Source: Vulcanimicrobiaceae bacterium (GTDB lineage Bacteria; Vulcanimicrobiota; Vulcanimicrobiia; Vulcanimicrobiales; Vulcanimicrobiaceae). Taken from it: a stretch of 17,293 bases of DNA. Of this stretch, positions 9,538 through 16,935 are shown piece after piece. The stretch spans positions 79,863 through 97,155 of the forward strand of contig JBHEMM010000001.1 in the NCBI GenBank assembly GCA_046262595.1, read 5' to 3'. The stretch's first letter is position 1. The number at the start of each line of letters is the position of its first letter. The notes beneath the pieces are model-generated. The model was not told the DNA's origin. It saw nothing but the letters and a program-made list of their open reading frames with translations, and searched no databases. Made by a program: the position numbers and the translations under genes.

Positions 9538-9581
9538 TGTCTCGTTGCGGAACGAGACAAAATCCGCGTCAGGCGACGCGG
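9538..9581 (-). terminator. Tandem hairpins downstream of the 9623-10531 gene
   Basis: CCGCGTC-N4-GACGCGG (9564-9581, followed by ATTTTGT on the minus strand) and TGTCTCGTT-N4-AACGAGACA (9538-9559). Confidence 0.5.
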
Positions 9582-9622
9582 CCGCCGCGACACTTCTGAA
9601 TACATACGGCGAGAAGTTCGGC

Positions 9623-10531
9623 TTAAATCGCCGGCTCCGTCAGCACGTCACCCGATGTCCGGAACATCGATAAATTCCAAGTAACACCCGGCACGTCAGC
9701 AGGCTGAATATGGTCGAACGTTATGCTGATGTTTGTATACCGGCGCCCCCGATATGGGAAAGGAGCGAGGGCACTTTCTGATACGATGTAACTGCCGCTA
9801 CCCTTATCGGCGAAGCGTATTAGCCAGGGTATGGTGGGCGCTGGGCCGGACGTAAAATTTCCTTGAACGATCACCTGAACAGTTTCAAACGTCTGCGCGT
9901 CTATCCAGAGTTCACGCAGCCTTAATAGGGCCGGATCACGTAAAGGCTTCAACCGGAGTTTCAGGCACGCCGTACCGTTTAGTGTCGTTGTACCATCGTA
10001 CGCTACCACATACTGTGGCCGGACGGCAGTGACGGCCGCAATCGTCTTTAAGGTTGGCGTTGCGAACGCAGAGTTCTTTTGCTGCAACAGCTCGGGAGGC
10101 CGCAGGCCAAACGAATACGTCGGCGATAGTAACGGTACGCCTAAAGTGTCATACTGTTCTTGCTGTGATACGCGGATCGCCTTAGAGACATGAATATCGC
10201 CGTCGTCACCGTCTGCGGATGGCGCTCCAGAAATCTTCGGATGTCTGGTGTAGCTTACTTTGAGGCGGACGGTAAAGTTTAGGCCGCGTGGAGTGTATGG
10301 TTTAGCCGCTTCTTGCGGACTCGTTGCGCGAACCTTTATGGCGCCGTCCGTCGTGTCGGTGAATGATGAATACGTGTTCATGAGAGTTGCGGACGGGATG
10401 TCAGCAGACACGTTTACGCTGTAGGTAAGAAATCGTGGATATTGCGCGGATGCCCATCTTGCGCGTGCGCGATCATAGATCTCGTATGGGTTGGGCATCG
10501 AAAGGATGAGGGCCAGCGCCGCAATAAACAT
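9623..10531 (-). CDS. Hypothetical secreted protein, possibly LolA/outer-membrane sorting protein-like fold; lower GC than its neighbours
   Basis: Hydrophobic N-terminus MFIAALALILS, beta-rich body and LKLRLKP...RLRELWIDAQTF motif. Sampled 60-nt lines are 50-55% GC. Confidence 0.75.
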   Translation of the reverse strand: MFIAALALILSMPNPYEIYDRARARWASAQYPRFLTYSVNVSADIPSATLMNTYSSFTDTTDGAIKVRATSPQEAAKPYTPRGLNFTVRLKVSYTRHPKISGAPSADGDDGDIHVSKAIRVSQQEQYDTLGVPLLSPTYSFGLRPPELLQQKNSAFATPTLKTIAAVTAVRPQYVVAYDGTTTLNGTACLKLRLKPLRDPALLRLRELWIDAQTFETVQVIVQGNFTSGPAPTIPWLIRFADKGSGSYIVSESALAPFPYRGRRYTNISITFDHIQPADVPGVTWNLSMFRTSGDVLTEPAI

Positions 10532-10579
10532 AGCTAATGCATCGTCTCAGATGAAGGCCGGCATTGCGGCAAAGAACCA

Positions 10580-10774
10580 GGTCGTAATGCGAACTGTCTG
10601 TGCACGAAAGCGTCGCGCGCCCGGAACCCGAGTTTCATCGACGACTATTTCATGAGGAATGCTCAGTGCCCTTGAACTCGGTTGGAAGCATCGCAAGGCA
10701 CCGGGCGGCCCGGGCCTTAAGTGCCAACGCTGCGGCCCAAGGTGGCGCGCAAATTCAGTCGGCCCTTTACGACC
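10580..10774. ncRNA. Candidate structured non-coding RNA (~195 nt, long irregular rod); family unassigned
   Basis: Six nested, colinear complementary blocks within a 427-bp intergenic region (see finding). Confidence 0.4.
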
Positions 10775-10958
10775 GTGCTTGCTGGCCGGCGTGCTCGCCG
10801 CCGAAATCCGCCAGTGCGAACATGTCGAGTTAGCCGCGCACAGTACTGCATCGTTTCGAAATGCCTTTTGGTCGGCTCAGCGCGCGGGCTCGCCGGCATA
10901 TAGCGGCCCGGGAAATGTATGCGGTGAAGCGAAGCGGCGGACGAGGCATTAAAATCCC

Positions 10959-12362
10959 ATGCGGCAACTCTTCCGAGGACCGTTCTCTCTTACGTACCGC
11001 GGCGAACGGATAGCGTTCTATCTGACGCTGCTCTTTGCGTTCCCGGCTGCAGCGGCGATCGGTTTTGTCCTGCGCGAAGACATTCATCCATCCCAAATAG
11101 CGGTGCTCGGCGTCATGGCCATGGTGTACGTGACGCTCGCGCGCGGCCGCCTGGTTGGCAGCAGCGTGCGCGTTCACGCCTCGCAGTATCCGCGCGTGTT
11201 CGCAATCGCGCAGCGCTGCGCGGCCGCACTCGACCTGCCCGTTCCCATGGTGTTCGTGCCGACGAGGTCGTTCCCGCTCGTCACGGTCGGCCTGGGCGAA
11301 CCGTATTCGCTCGTTATCTCCAGCAACTGGATCGAACATTTCCGCGACGACGAGCTTGCGTTCATGATAGGCCGCGAGCTCGGCCATATCGCCTCGGGTC
11401 ATGCGCGCTTCACCTCGCTGCTCAGCGTGAACGGCAACGAAAACGCCATCGTGTCGCTGATCTTCGGCGCGTGGCTGCGGCGCGCCGAGCTCACGTGCGA
11501 TCGCGTCGGGCTGCTGTGCTGCGGCTCGCTCGACGCAGCGATGCGCGCGATTACGGTCGCGTCCTTTCACGCGTTCGGACGGCAAATCGATCACCGCATT
11601 TTTGCCGAGCAAGCGCGCGACGTCAATGCCGATTCGGTACTGCGCATGGGCGAGCTCCTCGGATCGATGCCGTACGCGACGCGGCGCATCGAATCGATGC
11701 GCGTTTTCTTTGGAACCGAGCTGTACCGGCTGCACGAGGAACAATTTCTCAAAGAGAGCGCGCATGCGCCGGCGCTCGTTCCGCGAACGCTCGGTGCGCA
11801 GGTAACGAAAAGCGATTTGGCGGGCTGGTGGCGACGCATGGCCGCATTTGTCCTTGATTGGATCATCGTGCAGGCGCTGGTTACGACGCTGCTGGGCGTT
11901 GCCGCGCATCCGGTCGTTCAAATACACAGCGGTGATGCGGTGCAGCCAAAAGCGGTGGCCGCCGAAAACCTCGCCGTGCGCTCTTCGCCTGCGCTGTTTT
12001 CGATCGGCGGAGCAACGATTCACAGCGAGGGCGTCACGTGGAGAAACGCCGTTTCGCCCTGGAATAACGTGCGGTCCGGCGCCGTGGGCGCATTTTTTCC
12101 GCTCGAACTGTGCTTGTACTTCGGCTTACTGGTGGCGCTGGGCGGCCAGACGCCGGGCATGATGATTCTGGGCTTGAAAGTGGTGCGCACCGATTTCGGC
12201 AAGCCGGCGGTTGCGCAGAGCCTCTGGCGGTACGCCGCCGGCTTTCTGTTGTGCTGGATCGTTTTTCCGCTAAGCCCCTTTTCGCGTCTGTACCTGCACG
12301 ATCGCCTCTCGAAGACGCGCATCATCAAAACCGAACGGGCGCTCGCGCGCGTCTGCGCTTAG
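10959..12362 (+). CDS. Peptidase M48 (HtpX/Ste24)-like domain with a degenerate active site, fused to a C-terminal RDD domain
   Basis: Two N-terminal TMs, ELAFMIGRELGHI (HExxH position), WLRRAELTCDRVG, and RDD motifs AGWWRRMAAFVLD, GQTPGMMILGLKVV and LHDRLSKT. Confidence 0.85.
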   Translation: MRQLFRGPFSLTYRGERIAFYLTLLFAFPAAAAIGFVLREDIHPSQIAVLGVMAMVYVTLARGRLVGSSVRVHASQYPRVFAIAQRCAAALDLPVPMVFVPTRSFPLVTVGLGEPYSLVISSNWIEHFRDDELAFMIGRELGHIASGHARFTSLLSVNGNENAIVSLIFGAWLRRAELTCDRVGLLCCGSLDAAMRAITVASFHAFGRQIDHRIFAEQARDVNADSVLRMGELLGSMPYATRRIESMRVFFGTELYRLHEEQFLKESAHAPALVPRTLGAQVTKSDLAGWWRRMAAFVLDWIIVQALVTTLLGVAAHPVVQIHSGDAVQPKAVAAENLAVRSSPALFSIGGATIHSEGVTWRNAVSPWNNVRSGAVGAFFPLELCLYFGLLVALGGQTPGMMILGLKVVRTDFGKPAVAQSLWRYAAGFLLCWIVFPLSPFSRLYLHDRLSKTRIIKTERALARVCA

Positions 12363-12781
12363 CGCTGCAGCGCATTCTCGACCCGGTTGCGATAGTTCTC
12401 CACGCCGATCGCGCACAACAGCTCGACGATCTGCGCCGGCGTGTAATGCGCACGCAGATCGTCCCAAAGCCGGCCGGGCAACGCGCGCGGTTCGCGCGTG
12501 AGCGCGACGGACGCCGCAAGCGCCGCTTTTTCCGCATCGGTATACCTCACGCTGCGCGCATTGTCCCACAGGTCGTTGAGCTTCGCTGCTTGCGCGCCGA
12601 GATCGCGCGCACGCTTGCGGTGCCGCACGAGTGACGGCGTGCAAAAATTCAAGCCGGCGATCATGGCGGCGCACAGCGCTTTCGTCAGTTCCGACACGCC
12701 GCCGATGCCCATGACTGCCGCGGCATGCTCGTCCAAGGCTCGCGCCATCGCCGCGTTATCGTCCAGGGCGCCTCGCGCCAC
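12359..12781 (-). CDS. Carboxymuconolactone decarboxylase/AhpD-like protein
   Basis: TKALCAAMIAGLNFCTPSLVRH, YTDAEKAALA...LT and LRAHYTPAQIVELL..IG..NY.NR. Begins 2 nt after the regulator stop. Confidence 0.8.
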   Translation of the reverse strand: MARGALDDNAAMARALDEHAAAVMGIGGVSELTKALCAAMIAGLNFCTPSLVRHRKRARDLGAQAAKLNDLWDNARSVRYTDAEKAALAASVALTREPRALPGRLWDDLRAHYTPAQIVELLCAIGVENYRNRVENALQR

Positions 12782-12783
12782 GC

Positions 12784-14208
12784 CTAGCCCGGGCTTTGCG
12801 TGTAGCGGCGGAATCGCAGGTCGCCGCGCACGCCATCCATGCGCGGATCGATCGCCAACAGCGCCGCCGGTTCGTCAAATTTACCGCGCCGCAGCAGCGC
12901 GAGAGCCTCGCTTTTCTCGCCGTTCGCGATGAGCGCTGCAAGGAAATTGTCGTAAGACACGGCGTGCATCGCCAGGCCCGCGCGCGCGATGCGCAGCTCC
13001 GATTGCGCGCCGGCGGCGTCGTGCGCGCGGGCGTATGCGTGCGCAAGCAGTGCGGCGGCATCGTAGCGGCAATCCGTGCAGCGCCTGGCGTACGCCTTAT
13101 AGATCGCAATCGCCGCGCGTTCGTTGCCGAGCGCTTCATACGCCATGCCTATCGTTTCGTTTGCGCCGTAGCGCTGCGGAGAAAGATCCAGCGCTTGACG
13201 CCCGTACGCGACGGCGTCGCCGTAACGCCGTGAGATAAACGCCGCTTGCGCGAGCCAGTCGGCCGCCGCGACGCTCGAAGGATCCAAATTCGCCGCCGTG
13301 TTCAATTCGCGATAGCCCGCGAGCGCTTTGCCGCTCAACAGCAGCGCGGAACCGTACCATTGATGTGCCGGCGCATACTTCGGATCCAGCGCGAGCGCGC
13401 GGCGATATTGCGCGAAGCCCTCGTGCATCTGATGGCGATCGACGCTGACCAGCCCGAGCACCGCATAGGCTTCCGCAGATCCGCCGTTGAGCGCAATGGC
13501 CTTGCGCGCAAAGCGTGCCGCGAGAGCAAGCGCGTCTTTCTGCCGCAAACTGCCGTAGCCGTAATCGCCGGCGATGGCATACGCGGAAGCGAGCCCCGAG
13601 TAGCCGCGCGAATCGCGCGGATCGGTGCTTGTCACTTGAGCGAAATAGCGGCGGCTCTTTTCAATGCCGGCAGCGGTGCGCTGATTCCAGTAGTAGCGCC
13701 CCATCGCGTACAAGCGCGCTCCGGTGGCCGAGAGGCCCTGCCCCGGCATTGCGCTGCCATGCGGGCGCGCTGCAGCGAAAGCCGCTGCGCCGATTGCGAG
13801 CGCGAACAGGCATGCCGCCGCAGCGGCGATGCGAAAGCGTGCGGGAGCAGCAACGGGCGCGTGACGCGGCGCAAACGGCACTGCCTGCGAACTATCGTGC
13901 TCCAAACGAACCGGAGCGGTAAAACGATATCCGCGGCGCGGAACGGTTTCAATGACGTTCTGCGGCCAATGTGCGCGCAGCGTCTTTCGTATGACGTAGA
14001 TATTCTGCGCCAGGTTCGCCTCTTCGACAAAGCCCTCGGGCCAAATGCGGTCGAGAAGCTCGGTCTTGCTCGCGACCGCTCCACCGCGCTCGATCAGCGC
14101 CAGGAGCGTTTCAACGACCTTCGGACCGAGCGCAAGCGGTTCGCTTTCGGCGCAAAGCAAAAGCTGGCCGCTCTCGAGCCGGAAGGGACCAAACCGGTAT
14201 ATCGACAT
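12784..14208 (-). CDS. CadC/ToxR-like membrane-anchored regulator: OmpR-type winged HTH, one TM, and a TPR sensor domain
   Basis: YRFGPF, K.ELLDRIWPEGFVEEANLAQNIYVIRKTL and IETVPRRGYRF, then the TM IAAAAACLFALAIGAAAFAA, then TPR repeats (RRALALDPKYAPAHQWYG). AGGAG lies 6 nt before ATG 14208. Confidence 0.9.
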   Translation of the reverse strand: MSIYRFGPFRLESGQLLLCAESEPLALGPKVVETLLALIERGGAVASKTELLDRIWPEGFVEEANLAQNIYVIRKTLRAHWPQNVIETVPRRGYRFTAPVRLEHDSSQAVPFAPRHAPVAAPARFRIAAAAACLFALAIGAAAFAAARPHGSAMPGQGLSATGARLYAMGRYYWNQRTAAGIEKSRRYFAQVTSTDPRDSRGYSGLASAYAIAGDYGYGSLRQKDALALAARFARKAIALNGGSAEAYAVLGLVSVDRHQMHEGFAQYRRALALDPKYAPAHQWYGSALLLSGKALAGYRELNTAANLDPSSVAAADWLAQAAFISRRYGDAVAYGRQALDLSPQRYGANETIGMAYEALGNERAAIAIYKAYARRCTDCRYDAAALLAHAYARAHDAAGAQSELRIARAGLAMHAVSYDNFLAALIANGEKSEALALLRRGKFDEPAALLAIDPRMDGVRGDLRFRRYTQSPG

Positions 14209-14272
14209 CTGCAACTCCTGTGCGGCCCGAATATTGATGCCTTTCTCAAGATTCGGGTTTGCGCATGCACGC

Positions 14273-14278
14273 TATACT
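14273..14278 (+). promoter_or_regulatory. Putative -10 element (TATACT) for the outer-membrane protein gene; no good -35
   Basis: TATACT ends 9 nt before ATG 14288 in the 79-bp divergent spacer, and no SD is present. Confidence 0.45.
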
Positions 14279-14287
14279 TACTGGCAC

Positions 14288-16555
14288 ATGCGCAGAACAG
14301 CTTCAGCCGCCCTAGCCTTCTTCGCCCTTCTTTGGCCGAGCGCTTCCGTCCACGCCGCCGTGACCGCGCAAAGCGTCGTGCGGGCTCAGGCCGCGACGCA
14401 CCCGCCGAGCGCCGACCCGGCGCTGAAGGACAGCGAATGGCAGCGCGGCACGATCCCGGCGCCCGGCGGCTTTGAAAATCTCACGACGCGCTCGGCCGCA
14501 CCGCTGGCGACCGCCGTGTGGCTGCTTTACGACGCATCGAATCTGTACGTGGCAATTCGCGCGCAGCAGCACGGACTGCCCATCACCGCTTCGCAGACGA
14601 CAAATGACGTCGGGTTCGGCTTGGACGACTTCGTGGGCGTAGGCATCGATCCGAGCGGCGTCGGAACGCAAGCGTACTACTTCGAGCTGAGCCCCCGCGG
14701 CGTGCGGTACGAGCAGGCCAGCGAAAACGCGCGTTACCGCCCGCAATGGACGGCCGCCGCGGCAATCAGCGGCGATTCCTGGACAGGCGTGTTCGTCATC
14801 CCGTTGCGCGTGATGCGTATCCGCAGCGGCTCGCCGCAAACGTGGCGGATCAATTTCGTGCGCAGCATCGCCGCAAACGGCGAGCATTACACCTGGGCAT
14901 ACGACGGCCTCATGCAGGACGGCAGCGTGGGCAACGGCTGGCCGTCGTTCAACGACGTGCGCTATTGGGCGCAATGGAGCGGCATCGCCGTCGATCGCTC
15001 GATGCTGCGCGCGGCGCAGCCGAAACCGCGCGCCGAGATCTACGGCTTGGAAAGCGCTGGACGCGATCGCGATGTCTTTGCGCAGGCCAACGGCGCCTTC
15101 GAGCGGCAGCACGTGCGCGTGAGCGGAATCGATCTGACGTATCCGCTCACGCCAACGATCAACTTCGTCGGCACGCTCGCTCCCGACTTTTCCAACGTCG
15201 AAATCGACCAGCAGACGATCGCGCCGCAAGAATTCCGGCGGCAGTTGCAAGAGTACCGGCCGTTTTTCACGCAAGGCGCCAATTTCATCAATGCAAACGC
15301 CGTGCAGAACGGACCGAACACACTTTTTTATTCGCCGTCCGTCGGACCATTCGACCGCGGTGAAAAAATCGAGGGAACGTTCGGCAAGCAGTCCTTCGGC
15401 GTGCTCAACTTCCGCGGTTACGATCAAACGACCGGCAACGAGTTCGACGATACGTCCTACGGTTACAAGCATGCGCTTCAGAACCGGACGTTTCTATACT
15501 GGGCCGACGGCGTGCTTGCGCATCACAGCATCTTCGGGCAGGACGCAACGAACGAACTCGGCTTCGCCGTGCGCAATTTAAAAACCGGATTCGTCGGCGG
15601 TATCGATGAGTCGATGGAGCAAGGCTCGTGGGTTCCGGGCGGCCGCGCGCAGAGCACATTTGGCTTCGTGGACGTGCACAAGCCGAACTGGGAGATCAAC
15701 CTTGCCCAGACGCAGGTGACGCCGAACTATAATCCGATCGATGGGTTCACCACCACTTCGGACGTTCAAGGCCCTTCTCTGTTCGTGGACGCGACCGGAG
15801 CGACGCAGCGTTTGAAAAACTTTTTCTTCTTCGCGAACGCCGACCGGCTGCGCGATGAGTCGGGCGCCATCCATCAAGCCGATTTTGGTGTGTTCGTCAA
15901 CGCCACGTTCAAAAACGGTTTTTCGATCAACGGCATGGGGCCGCAGATAAGCGAGCTGCGCAATTATGCCGTCGTCGATCCCGCTTCGGCCGGAATGGCG
16001 TGCGGCGATCCCGCGCTGCCGCGCTCATCGTTCACCGGTTTTCCCGCGTACCGCTGCGGACGCACGGACAGCTACAACTTGTTCGGCATTCCGCTCGGGT
16101 ACGGAGACGGGACGCCCACGCCCGTCGATTTCTCGGCAAATTTCGGGCGGTTCGGTTACGGAAACGTCGGACCGCACGACAACGGTCCCGATGAACTGCA
16201 CCTCTACACGTTCGCGTTTTCGCGGCCTGTGCTTCGGGTGTTTTCGCTGGGTTTCGAGCTGGACGGCACGTACGAGCGCGCACTCTCGACCGGAGCGCGC
16301 GACGCACAGTTCTTGCGCCGCATTTCTCTGAGCACGCAACTCGGGCAGGACTCGAACGTCACAATTTCGCTTCGCGGTATCAACGGAAATGGCGGTTTTG
16401 CGCAGCCGGGAACGAACCTCGCTGCCGCTTTCCACCGCCGCCTGCGCAGCGGCGACGAGCTGTTCGTCAACTTCGGAACGCCTGCCGCTTCGCGCACGCT
16501 CGACCGTTTTATCGTTAAATACTTGTTCCGTTTCGGCGGTGATGCCGGCACGTAG
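14288..16555 (+). CDS. Outer-membrane protein with an N-terminal CBM9-like domain and a DUF5916-like beta-barrel
   Basis: Signal peptide MRRTASAALAFFALLWPSASVHA, CBM9-like T.VWLLYD..NLYVA...DDFVGV.ID...W.AAA...W...IP...WRINF.R, DUF5916-like PDFSNVEID and EYRPFF..G, and a C-terminal amphipathic strand FIVKYLFRF. Confidence 0.8.
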   Translation: MRRTASAALAFFALLWPSASVHAAVTAQSVVRAQAATHPPSADPALKDSEWQRGTIPAPGGFENLTTRSAAPLATAVWLLYDASNLYVAIRAQQHGLPITASQTTNDVGFGLDDFVGVGIDPSGVGTQAYYFELSPRGVRYEQASENARYRPQWTAAAAISGDSWTGVFVIPLRVMRIRSGSPQTWRINFVRSIAANGEHYTWAYDGLMQDGSVGNGWPSFNDVRYWAQWSGIAVDRSMLRAAQPKPRAEIYGLESAGRDRDVFAQANGAFERQHVRVSGIDLTYPLTPTINFVGTLAPDFSNVEIDQQTIAPQEFRRQLQEYRPFFTQGANFINANAVQNGPNTLFYSPSVGPFDRGEKIEGTFGKQSFGVLNFRGYDQTTGNEFDDTSYGYKHALQNRTFLYWADGVLAHHSIFGQDATNELGFAVRNLKTGFVGGIDESMEQGSWVPGGRAQSTFGFVDVHKPNWEINLAQTQVTPNYNPIDGFTTTSDVQGPSLFVDATGATQRLKNFFFFANADRLRDESGAIHQADFGVFVNATFKNGFSINGMGPQISELRNYAVVDPASAGMACGDPALPRSSFTGFPAYRCGRTDSYNLFGIPLGYGDGTPTPVDFSANFGRFGYGNVGPHDNGPDELHLYTFAFSRPVLRVFSLGFELDGTYERALSTGARDAQFLRRISLSTQLGQDSNVTISLRGINGNGGFAQPGTNLAAAFHRRLRSGDELFVNFGTPAASRTLDRFIVKYLFRFGGDAGT

Positions 16556-16661
16556 CTTGCAAATGTCGCATGAAACAAAAGTTGTAGCAGCGCGGTAACA
16601 AGCGGTGTAGATTACCAAATGGAGCGCGAATGCGCGCTCACACCATTAAAGGATTGTACCT

Positions 16662-16826
16662 GTGAAACCCGCGGCCAAACCGCCAGTGAAAACTCAAGAA
16701 ACCACGACGGAGAATCTCCGTCCGACCATCTCGCTGCAGCACGTCGTTGCAACGGGAACCGGTTCGTTCGGCGGCTGGGGACCCAAAGTTGCCGGCTCCG
16801 GCGGCCTCTTAAAAAACTGGAACTAA
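16662..16826 (+). CDS. Small peptide P2 (54 aa), stand-alone member of the 'GWGPK' family; absent from the ORF track
   Basis: GTG start with AAAGGA RBS. MKPAAKPPVKTQETTTENLRPTISLQHVVATGTGSFGGWGPKVAGSGGLLKNWN is homologous to P1 and is flanked by 5' and 3' hairpins. Confidence 0.8.
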   Translation: MKPAAKPPVKTQETTTENLRPTISLQHVVATGTGSFGGWGPKVAGSGGLLKNWN

Positions 16827-16935
16827 TGCTTTTAAAGTTTCATCCGCGGAATAACTCTGCGGCATGAAAATGAAGGCGCACGGATTCGACCCGGACGCCT
16901 TCATGGCTAGACTCCTCGTAGAGTGCAGCAAGGAC

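Noticed and set aside
1377..9770. Exact 14-bp match GGAAAGGAGCGAGG at 1377-1390 and 9757-9770
   Set aside because: About one such match is expected by chance in 17 kb. The second copy is antisense inside a CDS and brackets no mobile element.
10640..10670. Minus-strand CTGAGCA...GAAA as a hammerhead ribozyme core
   Set aside because: The core should be CUGANGA, and the flanking stems do not form in the required arrangement.
10915..10940. GTATGCGGTGAA resembling group II intron domain V
   Set aside because: It lacks the AGC/CGC triad context and the complementary 3' arm, and no reverse transcriptase is nearby.
10659..10952. 97-aa ORF with a CQRC motif in the intergenic region
   Set aside because: It has only one CxxC, the GAGG sits too close to the ATG, its composition is atypical, and it overlaps the candidate RNA structure. 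It cannot be supported without homologues.
14045..14287. N-terminal extensions in the ORF track (OMP from 14045; also gntR from 9467, SBP from 5320, ubiA from 4556)
   Set aside because: They overlap neighbouring genes or promoters. Downstream starts match the signal peptides, RBSs or domain boundaries.
16662..16826. P1/P2 as lasso peptide or double-glycine bacteriocin precursors
   Set aside because: There is no Asp/Glu at ring positions 7-9 after any T-x-G site. The GG in P2 is LG in P1, so it is not conserved. No lasso cyclase or peptidase-containing ABC transporter is in the window.
16619..16867. 82-aa ORF from the track overlapping P2
   Set aside because: It is in a different frame, its ATG lies in the 5' hairpin with no RBS, and it has no motif. 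P2 has the RBS and the paralogue support.
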